Below the pieces are notes generated by a model. That model worked only from the letters and a program-made list of their open reading frames with translations. It searched no databases and was not told where the DNA came from. Below, piece by piece: positions 1 through 9,817 of a stretch of DNA of 64,000 nucleotides. A program made the translations under genes and the position numbers. Source of the stretch: Acidobacteriaceae bacterium (lineage in GTDB: Bacteria; Acidobacteriota; Terriglobia; Terriglobales; Acidobacteriaceae); the NCBI GenBank assembly GCA_027449545.1, contig DAIDLI010000138.1, positions 7,977-71,976 on the forward strand, written 5' to 3'. Positions within the stretch are counted from its first letter, which is position 1, and the number at the start of each line of letters is the position of its first letter.

Positions 1-308
1 TTGACCTTGGCCAGGCGGCCGGGGTGGGTATGAAGCTGATGGGTGTTTGCCCCCTTGGGGCAAAGATGTCCGCGCGAGATGGGCGAGGCCGGATCGCCTT
101 CGATCGAAACGAGTTTTCCGTCCTTATGGAAGATCAACTGTCCGCAGCCAACCCCGCAGTAAGGGCAGATGGAACGCGTAACCTCCGCGCCCGCAGTCTT
201 CGGCTTCAGCGTGCGGGTTCGCTCGCTCCAGGACTCCTCGCCGTTGCCATTCGAGCCGTTCTGAATCTGGCGGATCACGGGCCAGCGCATCAGCAGATCT
301 TTGAGCAT
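1..308 (-). CDS. Formate dehydrogenase-type molybdopterin oxidoreductase alpha subunit, N-terminal part (runs off window edge)
   Basis: Not in the ORF track. Manual translation from ATG 308: MLKDLLMRWPVIRQIQ...TRSICPYCGVGCGQLIFHKDGKLVSIEGDPASPISRGHLCPKGA, with a CxxCxxxC...C [4Fe-4S] motif. GAGGT RBS. Lies directly downstream of selB. Confidence 0.85.
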   Translation of the reverse strand, partial: MLKDLLMRWPVIRQIQNGSNGNGEESWSERTRTLKPKTAGAEVTRSICPYCGVGCGQLIFHKDGKLVSIEGDPASPISRGHLCPKGANTHQLHTHPGRLAKV

Positions 309-398
309 GCAGAGATACCTCGCCGGAGCTTTTGCGCTCCAGTGGAGGAGGATGCTTGAGCCGGCGAAAGCCGTTGCTCCGACGCGCTATTGCTATGT

Positions 399-2318
399 TC
401 AGACCACCACCCGGACGCCCGCGGTACCGGGCTGAGTTCGAGTGATGTGATTGCGGTCCAGCAGTTCGAGCAGCGGAATGGCATGCTTGCGGGTGAGGCC
501 GGTAAAGCTCTTGAAGCGCGCCACATCGAACTGCTCCCCGCGGAAGGCCTGCAATTTTTCAGAAAGTCCTGCCACTGCCTCGCAGTGAATGAACAAATCA
601 TCCGATCCCAGCCGCAGCAGTCTCCTGGTGCGGAGCAGGAGCGTGACGGTTGCGTGCATCTGCTTCTCCGTGAGCTTGAGGCGCTCCGCGACCTCGCGCA
701 GAAGAGGCGGAGCGACGCCGGCCATGCGGTATTCGCGTTCCACCACGGCCATTCGCTTGGCTTCCACCTCGGGAGTGCCGGAGGATTCGGGAAGGGAAAG
801 AATCTCCGCACCGGACAGCTTGCCTGCTGCAATCAGACGCCGCACGCTGAAGCCAAACACACACTCACCGAGGCCCGAGCGGGAATGCAATTCTGCGCGG
901 CCGAGGGTGTGGTTCCTCGCCGCAGTGAGCGCATGCAACAGCACGGCTTCTGCCTGGGTGATTGCGACGGCGCTAAGATAGAAACCTTCGGCTTCTCGGG
1001 CGGCGATGATTTCACCCCTTCGCACCAGCGGCTCCACAATTCTGCGCACCGCGTCTGTTTTGAGTCCTGTCTCACGCGCCAGTTCGAGCGTGCTGATCCC
1101 GGCCGTTCCGCGCCTGCCGATGCGGAGGGCCAGTTGCTGCTCCCTATCCGCATCGCGAACTTGCAGCAGCCATGCCAAGGAGTCCGCTTTGCGTTGCCGG
1201 CGCGGGGCAGCGATCTCGAGCACGCGGCCGCCTCCGAGGGTGGCTGGCGGCGAAGGCTGCCGCAGCACAAAGCGATCGCCGGGAACGAGCACCTGGGGAG
1301 TTTGGAGTTGCAGACGCACCAGCGCCGTTCCGCCTGCGGGGGTAGTCTCCGCGCGATATAGAAGCACCGTGGCAGCAACGTCTCCCGCGAAGGCATGCAG
1401 GCGCACGGAAGCGCGGTGCCGCAAGGGCCTGACGTGCGGCAGGAGATGTATCTCCGCGTCAAGCGTCTGCGTCGCGCTCAGGGTATGCTCGGGAACCAGC
1501 ATCTGTCCGCGCCACACCTCGCGGTGCTCAACCCCGCTGAGGTTCAGCGCCACCCGGCTGGGCGCGGATGCCCGGCTCACGGCGCTGCCGTGCACTTGAA
1601 TCCCTCGTGCCCGGACGCGCGTGTCTCCCGGCAAAAGCGACATCATGCTTCCCGCCTCAACCGCGCCGCATTGCAGCGTTCCTGTCACCACGGTCCCAAA
1701 CCCACGCATCGCGAAGGATCGATCAGGAGGCAGACGCGGCACAAAGTCCTGTCCGCGCGCGGGAATCCGGCCGGCCAATCTCGCCAGTTCGCAGCGCAGT
1801 GCCTCGATTCCCTGCCCTGTTACCACGGAAACCGGCACCACTGTCGCGTCACGCAGGAAGGTTGAACGTAGCCAGCTTCTCACTTCGCCCAGAGTCGATT
1901 CCATCCGCTCCGCATCCACGGCATCGCTCTTGCTCAGCACCACAAGACCTTGCTCGATGCCGAGCAGAGAACAGATGTCGAGATGCTCGCGCGTCTGAGC
2001 TTTCACCCCTTCATCCGCGGCAATCACCAGCATCACCGCCTCGATGCCGCCAGCACCCGCCAGCATGTTGCGGATGAAAGCATGATGCCCCGGTACATCG
2101 ATCAGGCTCACCTGGAACTGCGCCCCTGTTGCGCCGCTCAAGCGCATGGCGGCAAAACCGAGATCGATGGTGATTCCGCGCTTTTTCTCTTCCGGCAGAC
2201 GATCGGTGTCAGCGCCTGTGAGTGCCCGCACCAGCGCGGTTTTCCCGTGGTCGATGTGCCCGGCGGTCCCGATGATGACGGATCGCACCGCATCCGGTTG
2301 CGACGAGGCGGCTTTCAT
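399..2318 (-). CDS. selB: Selenocysteine-specific elongation factor SelB
   Basis: [17 protein letters not shown] and DVPGH GTPase motifs. C-terminal winged-helix region ends ...[14 protein letters not shown]. Confidence 0.97.
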   Translation of the reverse strand: MKAASSQPDAVRSVIIGTAGHIDHGKTALVRALTGADTDRLPEEKKRGITIDLGFAAMRLSGATGAQFQVSLIDVPGHHAFIRNMLAGAGGIEAVMLVIAADEGVKAQTREHLDICSLLGIEQGLVVLSKSDAVDAERMESTLGEVRSWLRSTFLRDATVVPVSVVTGQGIEALRCELARLAGRIPARGQDFVPRLPPDRSFAMRGFGTVVTGTLQCGAVEAGSMMSLLPGDTRVRARGIQVHGSAVSRASAPSRVALNLSGVEHREVWRGQMLVPEHTLSATQTLDAEIHLLPHVRPLRHRASVRLHAFAGDVAATVLLYRAETTPAGGTALVRLQLQTPQVLVPGDRFVLRQPSPPATLGGGRVLEIAAPRRQRKADSLAWLLQVRDADREQQLALRIGRRGTAGISTLELARETGLKTDAVRRIVEPLVRRGEIIAAREAEGFYLSAVAITQAEAVLLHALTAARNHTLGRAELHSRSGLGECVFGFSVRRLIAAGKLSGAEILSLPESSGTPEVEAKRMAVVEREYRMAGVAPPLLREVAERLKLTEKQMHATVTLLLRTRRLLRLGSDDLFIHCEAVAGLSEKLQAFRGEQFDVARFKSFTGLTRKHAIPLLELLDRNHITRTQPGTAGVRVVV

Positions 2319-3751
2319 GCCGGCAGCTCCAGTTTCACCAAATGAGCGGCAAGCGTTTCGTCCTCCTCCGGAAACACCGTGCGCAGATCCAGCAGCACCT
2401 CACCGCGCCGGGTGCGGGCAATCACCGGCGGATCCATTTGCCGCAAGGCCTTCAGCAGGTATTCTTCGCTCATCGCCGGGTGCCGCAGCGCCACGGCGAA
2501 TCCCCGCAGCACCGCTCCTGGAGTCGTGCCGCCACCGATCACGCTGCGCACCGGCACCACCTTCGCTTCCAGAGGCGATGCCTCCAAATGATCCACCAGC
2601 TTCTGGCAACGAGTTCGCAGTTCGGGTGCGGTGATAAGCATCATGGCGATCGCAGGCAGTGTCTGCTCCTGGTCCGCGAGATAAGCCAGCAGGGTTGCCT
2701 CGAGCGCCGCATAGGTGAGCTTGCCGGGACGAAAGGCCCTGGCCAGCGGATTCGTTCTCATCTGTTCGATCAGCCTGCATTGTCCGACCAGCAACCCGCA
2801 TTGCGGGCCTCCCAACAGCTTGTCGCCGCTCGCTGCAACCAGGCTGACTCCGCTCGCCACACTGCGGATCCAGTTGGACTGCTCGCCCATCCCGATCTCC
2901 GCCAGGCGCACCACACAACCGGTGCCCTGGTCCTCGAAGACTGGAATAGCCGCTTCGCGTCCGAGAGCGACTAATTCGTCCAGGCTGGGCTGTGCGGTGA
3001 AGCCTTCAATTCGAAAATTGGAGCGGTGGACACGCAGGATCAGCCGAGTCTCCGGGGTGATGGCGCGCGCGTAATCGGCAATGCGCGTGCGATTGGTGGT
3101 GCCCACTTCGCGCAGGATCGCGCCCGACTTGCGCAGAATTTCGGGAATGCGGAATCCGCCGCCGATCTCCACCAGTTCGCCCCGCGAGACGATGACTTCT
3201 CCGCCCTCGGCCAGCGAGTTCAGCGCCAGAAAGGTTGCACCCGCACAATTGTTGAGCACCATGGCTGCGTAGCGGGAGGGGTCGAGGTCTGCGCCCCGCG
3301 CGGCGAGCACGCGCAGAATTAGCGCCTCGGCGTGATCGTCCCTGCGTCCGCGCTTTCCGGTGTGCAGATCGAATTCGAGATTGCTGTAGCCCGCCGCCAC
3401 CTGAGTCAGGTTGCGAATCGCAGCCTGGCTCAAAGGCGCGCGGCCGAGATTGGTCTGCAAAATCACTCCGGTGGCGTTGATCACGCGCCGCAGAGAGGGG
3501 CGGCTTGTGCGCTGCGCTTGTTCGGCGATGGCCCGATCCAGTTCCCGCAGGCGCGCCTGCAATCCGGCCTCATTCAGCAGCCCGTCCAATATCTCCCGGC
3601 GGATCGCATCCAGCACATGCCGCGCAGCCGCGGCCACCACCTCGCGCGGCCAGCGGTCCAGCAGCGCCCGCGCAGGTTCACCGTCGAGCAGGCGGCCAAG
3701 CTGCGGCAACTGCCGGCAGAGATCTTCGGTCTGTGCCACATCCTTCAGCAA
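2315..3751 (-). CDS. selA: L-seryl-tRNA(Sec) selenium transferase (start uncertain; TTG 3751 chosen)
   Basis: [29 protein letters not shown] and [10 protein letters not shown] (PLP lysine). Stop overlaps the selB ATG; start overlaps the selD stop. Confidence 0.95.
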   Translation of the reverse strand: MLKDVAQTEDLCRQLPQLGRLLDGEPARALLDRWPREVVAAAARHVLDAIRREILDGLLNEAGLQARLRELDRAIAEQAQRTSRPSLRRVINATGVILQTNLGRAPLSQAAIRNLTQVAAGYSNLEFDLHTGKRGRRDDHAEALILRVLAARGADLDPSRYAAMVLNNCAGATFLALNSLAEGGEVIVSRGELVEIGGGFRIPEILRKSGAILREVGTTNRTRIADYARAITPETRLILRVHRSNFRIEGFTAQPSLDELVALGREAAIPVFEDQGTGCVVRLAEIGMGEQSNWIRSVASGVSLVAASGDKLLGGPQCGLLVGQCRLIEQMRTNPLARAFRPGKLTYAALEATLLAYLADQEQTLPAIAMMLITAPELRTRCQKLVDHLEASPLEAKVVPVRSVIGGGTTPGAVLRGFAVALRHPAMSEEYLLKALRQMDPPVIARTRRGEVLLDLRTVFPEEDETLAAHLVKLELPA

Positions 3752-4839
3752 AGTACGATCCGTGGAGCGCCTTCCATCACGCTGCCGATCTCTGCTGCCG
3801 GGTACCCCTGGGCGCACAGGTCGCTCACCAATGCGTCTGTCACCTCGGGATCAGCCGAGATGAGCAGGCCTCCCGCGGTTTGGGGATCGAACAGCAGCGT
3901 CCGTAACTCGTCCTTCACCGGGCCCGCGGTTTCCACCATGCATTCGGCAAAATCCCGATTGGCGCGCAACCCCGCAGGGATGGTGCCCATCGCAATGCAT
4001 TCCAGCGCTCCCTCCAGAACCGGCACAGCCTCCGTCGCAATGGCCAAGCGCACGCCGCTGGCAAGCGCCATCTCTCGGGCGTGGCCGATGAATCCAAAGC
4101 CGGTCACATCCGTCATTCCGTGCACATGGCCGTTCCAGCGGGCCAGAACCTCTGCGGCGTGCCGGTTGAGCATGGTCATGGATTCGATCGCCGCCTCGAT
4201 CCAGCGGGAATCGGCGCGACCCGCCTTCAGCGCAGTGGTGATGACGCCCGTGCCCAGCCGCTTGGTGAAGATCAGCTTGTCTCCGGGGCGCGCGCCGGCG
4301 TTGGTCAGAAGCTTGTCGGGATGCACCATACCGGTGACCGCATAGCCGAACTTGATCTCGGCGTCGCGCACGCTGTGCCCCCCCAGCACCACGCAGCCAG
4401 CTTCGCGCATGGTTTCGAGACCACCCAGCATGATCTTCTCCAGAATCCGCAGATCGCCGTCTGCGGGAAAACAGACCATGCTCAGCGCGGTGAGGGCGGT
4501 TCCTCCCATCGCGTACACATCGCTGAGGGCATTCGTGGCGGCGATCCTGCCGAAGGTGAAGGGATCATCGACCATCGGGGTGAAGAAATCGACTGTCTGC
4601 ACCAGCGCCCGGTCAGGGGCGATGCGAAAGACACCGGCGTCGTCGGCGTTGTCGAACCCGACCAGCAGGTCCGGATGGCTTTGCTTCGGCAGCCGGGACA
4701 AAACGGAGTTCAGCAGCCCGGGGGCCAGCTTGCTGGCGCACCCCCCAGCCCGCGTCGTTTGCGTGAGATGAACAGTTTCCGGAGTGCCCGCATCTAAGAC
4801 TGGGTTGTCGACTGGGTTGTCTTCCGTTATCGACGACAT
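3745..4839 (-). CDS. selD: Selenide, water dikinase (selenophosphate synthetase), Cys form
   Basis: AGGCASKL active-site motif (TGC codon), DDAGV, QTVDFFTP, NALSDVYAMGG, DPQTAGGLL. Confidence 0.96.
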   Translation of the reverse strand: MSSITEDNPVDNPVLDAGTPETVHLTQTTRAGGCASKLAPGLLNSVLSRLPKQSHPDLLVGFDNADDAGVFRIAPDRALVQTVDFFTPMVDDPFTFGRIAATNALSDVYAMGGTALTALSMVCFPADGDLRILEKIMLGGLETMREAGCVVLGGHSVRDAEIKFGYAVTGMVHPDKLLTNAGARPGDKLIFTKRLGTGVITTALKAGRADSRWIEAAIESMTMLNRHAAEVLARWNGHVHGMTDVTGFGFIGHAREMALASGVRLAIATEAVPVLEGALECIAMGTIPAGLRANRDFAECMVETAGPVKDELRTLLFDPQTAGGLLISADPEVTDALVSDLCAQGYPAAEIGSVMEGAPRIVLC

Positions 4840-4913
4840 GAAAACTCTGATGCCGCTGCAGCTCCCCCTGGCTGTCCCAACGCAGTTGCATCACCAATTT
4901 CGAGCAACTTTGC

Positions 4914-5008
4914 GGAAGCGCCTGGGTTCTGGTGATCCCCCCGGTCTTCAAAACCGGTGGTCGTTCTTCACGGGCGACGGTGTGTTCGACTCACACGCGC
5001 TTCCGCCA
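4914..5008 (+). tRNA. selC: tRNA-Sec (anticodon UCA)
   Basis: 95 nt. 8-bp acceptor stem GGAAGCGC/GCGCTTCC, anticodon arm CCGGT-CTTCAAA-ACCGG, long variable arm, T arm GTGTG-TTCGACT-CACAC, discriminator G, encoded CCA. Confidence 0.97.
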
Positions 5009-5393
5009 TCTCTCCGGTTGCTGACCGCCTCCAACGGTGATTCGTACTGAAGATGGAAAGCGATGGGGAGACCTGCCTGGCATCGAACCGGCAGCCCGTC
5101 CCATGCACGGCGCGCCGGTCGCGCGGAATCGGAGAACCTCCCCGAATCTCCGGCTTTTCGGGCGGATCCTCCCTCCGTAAGCTAAATCACCAGTTTCTGT
5201 GATCCATTGCACCGCATTGCCTCGGACACCTCATTACGATGTGTCGCATGCATTGCGTACCGCGCTCGCTCAGGTTGATTATGGCTTCGAACGTGAGCGG
5301 CATGGAGGGGGCAGAACTCCGCCAGGATCCGATCGGCTGCGTGCGCCATGGGGGAGGAAGAAGCTTCGCTTGATTTACGGAAACGGAGGAGAT

Positions 5394-6473
5394 ATGTACC
5401 GGATTCCGATCTTCCTTGCACTTGCACTACCTGGCGCAGTCCTTGCGCAGAATCTTAGCGAAACCTCAGTTCCTGCATCGCCAGTGGCCGCAGAAACAAC
5501 CGTGACTACGGACGCACCGGCACGGACATCGAGCGATCGAGGAGTGCTCTCGTACACCGATCTCAACGCCAACGTCAACAGCATCGGCCACATGGTCACC
5601 ACCGGCGTCGGCCTGGGCTATCAGTTCAACCAGAATGTAAGCGTGGATGCATACGTGCCGTTCTACTATGTGTCGGCAACCGCCACCACCACGAACTCCA
5701 CGGGAGGAACTGAAAACGTCACAACCACGGATCAGGGGATCGGCGATCCATCCTTCGCTCTTACGCTGTCGTTCCCGAATCAGGTGCTGGATTACACATC
5801 CCGGGTGACCACCTGGGTTCCGGTGGCCGATATGAACAGCGGCTTCACCACCGGATCGGTGCTGGTGGACTGGACCAGTCATTTCAGCAGGCCGGTGGGC
5901 CGTTTGCTGCCGTTCGGGCAATTGGACATCGCGAACACTGCTCCTGAGACTCCGCTCTTCCTTCTCCCCTACACGGCGGAAGGCTTCAATGCGCGCTTTG
6001 AGGCGGGGTCCTACGCTTCGCTGACAAGGATCTTCAGCACAGGTGCCTCGTTCTACTACGTTCTTCCCTCCGGGAGCCAAACCCTCTATAGCCGTGAGAT
6101 TCACAATCCGGCTATGGGGAACGGCGGAAGCGGTGGGGGGGCAGCATCTTTCGTCAGAACTCTCGGCACCGGAACCGGCAGCGGCTCTGGAAGTGGCTCC
6201 GGAAGTGGTAGCGGAGACGGCAGTGGATCCGGGAGCGGGTCCGGCAGTGGATCCGGAACCGGCAGCCCCAACCGAAACGGGTTCATGACCCAGCAGGTGA
6301 CCGTAGGTAATGACCTTACCCGTGATCATGGGATCGCAGCCTGGTTTACAGCCGAGATTACGCGGTTCGTCGATCTGCAGGTTGGGTATGACCACAGCTA
6401 CGGGTATGACCTCAACACGGTGTCCTTTGGCTTGAGGGCCAATCTTTCGCGCGCCTTTGGCCGCAGGCAATGA
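5394..6473 (+). CDS. Exported, probable outer-membrane beta-barrel protein with Gly/Ser-rich insert
   Basis: GGAGGA RBS before ATG 5394, signal peptide, amphipathic aromatic-rich strands, (GS)n tract at about 6165-6266. Confidence 0.65.
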   Translation: MYRIPIFLALALPGAVLAQNLSETSVPASPVAAETTVTTDAPARTSSDRGVLSYTDLNANVNSIGHMVTTGVGLGYQFNQNVSVDAYVPFYYVSATATTTNSTGGTENVTTTDQGIGDPSFALTLSFPNQVLDYTSRVTTWVPVADMNSGFTTGSVLVDWTSHFSRPVGRLLPFGQLDIANTAPETPLFLLPYTAEGFNARFEAGSYASLTRIFSTGASFYYVLPSGSQTLYSREIHNPAMGNGGSGGGAASFVRTLGTGTGSGSGSGSGSGSGDGSGSGSGSGSGSGTGSPNRNGFMTQQVTVGNDLTRDHGIAAWFTAEITRFVDLQVGYDHSYGYDLNTVSFGLRANLSRAFGRRQ

Positions 6474-6518
6474 TGCGAGTCCGACTGGAGATTTGACCGC
6501 GGCTAAGGACGTTCACTC

Positions 6519-8363
6519 GTGAGGTCCAGAATCCTCATCTCGATGGCTGGCCTTGTGGCTGCGGGCATATTGATCCTTCTTGGCTGGAGCGGCTTTGCCC
6601 AGCACGGAAATGCCGCAGCAGCAGATATGCTGCTGCGCCTGGAACAAGGACGGCGTGGATTCTCCACTGCAAATGTGATTTTGCTGTCCATCGACGACGA
6701 GACGGTCCGCCGCTATGGTCCCCTGCCGATCGACCGTGCGGTCCTGGCCAAGGCCCTGGATCGGGTGGCAAGCGGCTCGCCGTCCGTCTTGGTTATAGAT
6801 ATGTTGCTGTCTGAGAAGACCACTCCGGCTGCTGATGCCAGCCTGGCCGATGCGCTTTCCAGGTTTCCCAAACTCGTCCTGGCAACCGCTCTGGAGATCC
6901 CGGCGGGCAGCAGACCACCCCAGTGGATCGCGCCTCTTCCTGAGTTTCGGGTTCACGCAAGCGCCCTCGGACACGTCCACATCGAACCGGATCCTGATGG
7001 TGTGGCTCGCACTCTTCTCCTCTCCAAGAGCAACGGCGACCAGCGCCGCTGGGCACTCGGCTTTGAGGCATTTCGTCTGCAGACTGGAAGGCAGGACCCT
7101 GTCCTTGAATCGGCGGATGCTCTGCGGGTAGGCCCCTATCGGGTTCCTGCGGCCCGTTTCAATCATCGATTATTGTGGATCCACTATGCCGGCCCGGAGG
7201 GAACCTTTCGGCATGTCTCTTTAGCAAATGTGCTTGATGGCCGGGAGCCGGTCTCTAATTTCCGCGGAAAGGTCGTGATTCTCGGGGTTACGGCACAGGG
7301 CGCGGGCGGAGCTGGCGACCGCATCTTCACGCCCTTCTCCGCCGGCCTGGGGATGAGCGGAATTGAGATCCATGCCAATGTCTTCCTCACGCTGGCGGAT
7401 GGCGCCTATCTGGTGCCTCTGAACCCGCTTCAGGAATTGCTGTCGGTGCTGACGATTGCCGCGTTGATGGCCGCGGCCTTGTGGTGGCGGCAAGGCCGCC
7501 TCCTGATTTCCTTCGCGATGAGCGGCGTGGTGCTCATTCCCTTGCTGGCGTACGTGCTATTCCGGAGGGGCATTGTCGTGCCCCTGGCCTCCTGGATCAT
7601 TGTGCAGATCGCCGCCTCGCTGCTTGCGTTTCTAGTGCACACAGCATTCGTCCGGCGTCGGCTCCGCGAGGCCATCCTTGGGCAAAAGAACTATGCGTTT
7701 CGGCTTCAGGCGGTGGCCCATGAAATCAAAACTCCCCTCACTGCCATCGATGCTTCCAGCCAATTGATGGCTGAAGCAGACATCCCGGAGCGCAAGAAGG
7801 AAGAGATTGCACAGCGGATTCGAGGCGAGGCGGGGCGGCTGTCCGGGGTCGTGACCACCTTCCTGGACGTCGAGCGCATTGCATCCGGCGCGCTGAAGCT
7901 GCGACGCCAGCAGGTCGATCTCGCCAAGGTCGCCGCCGAGGCCAGTGAGCGCGCCGCCCTGCTGGCGCTGAAGAAGAACATCGCAATCGAGAAGGATCTC
8001 GCTCCCGCGACCGTGGCCGCGGATGAGGAGTTGCTCCAGTTCGCCATTTATAACCTGCTCGTGAACGCGATCAAGTTCAGTTCGGAAGCCAGTTCGGTTC
8101 GGATCACCGTTCGTTCGTCCTCGCAGGGCGCGCGCCTGGATGTGAGCGATCGGGGGTGCGGCATCGAGCCCGCCGCGCAGAAGCATATCTTTGAGCCCTT
8201 CTACCGAGCTAAACCGCGGGGTGAAGGCCAACCCGGAACGGGTGTCGGATTGGCTCTGGTGCATGAGATTGTCACCCAGCATGGAGGCAGAGTGGAAGTG
8301 GCCAGCGAACCGGGAAAAGGATCGAGGTTCACGGTCGTGCTTCCGCGAGAGGGGATGGAATGA
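6519..8363 (+). CDS. CHASE2-domain sensor histidine kinase
   Basis: CHASE2-like periplasmic region (IDDETVRRYGPLP, GVEIHAN-like GIEIHAN), three TM helices, H-box AHEIKTPL, N-box NAIKFS, DRGCGI, GTGVGL. Confidence 0.9.
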   Translation: MRSRILISMAGLVAAGILILLGWSGFAQHGNAAAADMLLRLEQGRRGFSTANVILLSIDDETVRRYGPLPIDRAVLAKALDRVASGSPSVLVIDMLLSEKTTPAADASLADALSRFPKLVLATALEIPAGSRPPQWIAPLPEFRVHASALGHVHIEPDPDGVARTLLLSKSNGDQRRWALGFEAFRLQTGRQDPVLESADALRVGPYRVPAARFNHRLLWIHYAGPEGTFRHVSLANVLDGREPVSNFRGKVVILGVTAQGAGGAGDRIFTPFSAGLGMSGIEIHANVFLTLADGAYLVPLNPLQELLSVLTIAALMAAALWWRQGRLLISFAMSGVVLIPLLAYVLFRRGIVVPLASWIIVQIAASLLAFLVHTAFVRRRLREAILGQKNYAFRLQAVAHEIKTPLTAIDASSQLMAEADIPERKKEEIAQRIRGEAGRLSGVVTTFLDVERIASGALKLRRQQVDLAKVAAEASERAALLALKKNIAIEKDLAPATVAADEELLQFAIYNLLVNAIKFSSEASSVRITVRSSSQGARLDVSDRGCGIEPAAQKHIFEPFYRAKPRGEGQPGTGVGLALVHEIVTQHGGRVEVASEPGKGSRFTVVLPREGME

Positions 8364-9745
8364 GCCACAAACTTCCTGTACTCCTGGTGGATGACGAGGA
8401 AGGGATCACCTTTCCGATCGCTATATTCCTGGAGGCCAAAGGCTACTCGGTCACCACCGTTAACAGCGGAAGGGAAGCCCTGGGTCTGGCCTCGGCCGGG
8501 CAATTCAAACTAATTATTACGGACATTTACATCGACCGCGTTACCGGCCTGGACATTTTGAACGCGGCGAAAAGGGCAATGCCCTCCTGCGCCGTGATCC
8601 TGATGACCGCTAAGGGCTCCATCCGGACGACCGTCGAGGCGGAATCGAGCGGCGCATTCGATTACCTCGCCAAGCCGATCGATCTGAACGATCTGCTGCA
8701 CGTGCTGCAGCGCGCAGAGCAATCATGGGAGACGCTGGAACCCGCGCCGTCGGAGACCATTGCAGACAATGAAATGTTGGGGTCGGCACCCGTTATGGTG
8801 CGGTTATACAAGGAGATCGCACGCGCGGCGCGCTCCCAGGCGACGGTGCTGATCCGCGGCGAAACCGGGAGCGGAAAAGAGCTGGTAGCGCGCGCGATCC
8901 ACTCTGCCAGTGCCAACGCGCGACAGCCGTTTCTGCCCGTGGATTGCGCAGCCATTCCCGAGAACCTGTGGGAAAGCGAGCTGTTCGGCTCCACACGCGG
9001 CGCATTTACCAGTGCGGAACGAGATCGCGCCGGCATCCTCGAAGAAGCTCACGAAGGCACGGTCTTCCTGGATGAGATTGGGGAGATTCCTATCTCTTTC
9101 CAGGCAAAGCTGCTCCGCCTCCTGGAAGCCAAAGCCTATCGTCCGGTAGGCGCGAGCACCGCAAAGGCGGTGAAGGCGCGGATTCTGGCGGCCACGCATC
9201 GCCACCTGGAGGCAATGATCCAAGCCGGAGACTTCCGCGCCGACCTCTACCACCGCTTGAACGTGCTGCAAATCGAGGTGCCGCCTCTGCGCGAGCGGAC
9301 GCAGGATATTCCTCTGCTGGCACACCGTTTTCTGGCCGATGCCAATGCTCGACTGGGGCGCAGCGCGCGGCTGGAGCCGGCCGCCCTCGCCGTGCTTGAA
9401 AGTTACGGATGGCCGGGCAATGTTCGCGAGTTGAAGAACGTCATCGAGCGCATGGTGGCAATGTCCTCTCCCGGTCCCTTGCGAGCGGAAGAAGTTGAGC
9501 AGGTCCTGATTGCCGCCACTCCGCAGATGCCGGTGGCCGTCACCGCCCGAACCTTGGAAGAAGCGGAAAAAGAGCATGTGCTGGAGGCGCTCCGAGCGTG
9601 TGGAGGAAATCGGTCCCTGGCGGCTGAACGCCTCAACATTCAACGCCGGACTCTCTACAAGAAGCTTGATCGCTGGGGTCTTTTGCACGAAGGGCACACC
9701 CCTGAGCCCAAAACGCAGGGATCCGGACACCCGCAGAAATCCTGA
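8360..9745 (+). CDS. NtrC-family sigma54-dependent response regulator
   Basis: Receiver domain (LLVDDE...TD...K), Walker A GETGSGKE, GAFTSA loop, Walker B FLDEIGE, Fis-type HTH. Start overlaps the kinase stop (ATGA). Confidence 0.95.
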   Translation: MSHKLPVLLVDDEEGITFPIAIFLEAKGYSVTTVNSGREALGLASAGQFKLIITDIYIDRVTGLDILNAAKRAMPSCAVILMTAKGSIRTTVEAESSGAFDYLAKPIDLNDLLHVLQRAEQSWETLEPAPSETIADNEMLGSAPVMVRLYKEIARAARSQATVLIRGETGSGKELVARAIHSASANARQPFLPVDCAAIPENLWESELFGSTRGAFTSAERDRAGILEEAHEGTVFLDEIGEIPISFQAKLLRLLEAKAYRPVGASTAKAVKARILAATHRHLEAMIQAGDFRADLYHRLNVLQIEVPPLRERTQDIPLLAHRFLADANARLGRSARLEPAALAVLESYGWPGNVRELKNVIERMVAMSSPGPLRAEEVEQVLIAATPQMPVAVTARTLEEAEKEHVLEALRACGGNRSLAAERLNIQRRTLYKKLDRWGLLHEGHTPEPKTQGSGHPQKS

Positions 9746-9780
9746 AGCTTTTCTTTTCAGCAATTTGCATCCTCACGGTT

Positions 9781-9797
9781 TTGGCATTCAGCGTGCC
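9781..9797 (+). promoter_or_regulatory. Candidate sigma54 (-24/-12) promoter
   Basis: TTGGCATTCAGCGTGCC: GG (9783-84), N10, GC (9795-96). 21 nt before the FecR-gene ATG and just downstream of a sigma54 activator gene. Confidence 0.6.
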
Positions 9798-9817
9798 CTA
9801 TAGAAAGCGAGGCTACG

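Noticed and set aside
4727-4750. Selenocysteine recoding within selD
   Set aside because: The codon is TGC and the frame has no internal TGA.
5077-5093. Second sigma54 promoter (GG-N10-GC at 5079-5092; another at 5299-5312)
   Set aside because: The -12 elements are poor (CCGGCA, GGGGCA), and this spacing arises often by chance in GC-rich DNA.
5009-5393. Genomic island integrated at tRNA-Sec
   Set aside because: No integrase or transposase in the window, and I saw no duplicate of the tRNA 3' end by eye. An exact search was not possible.
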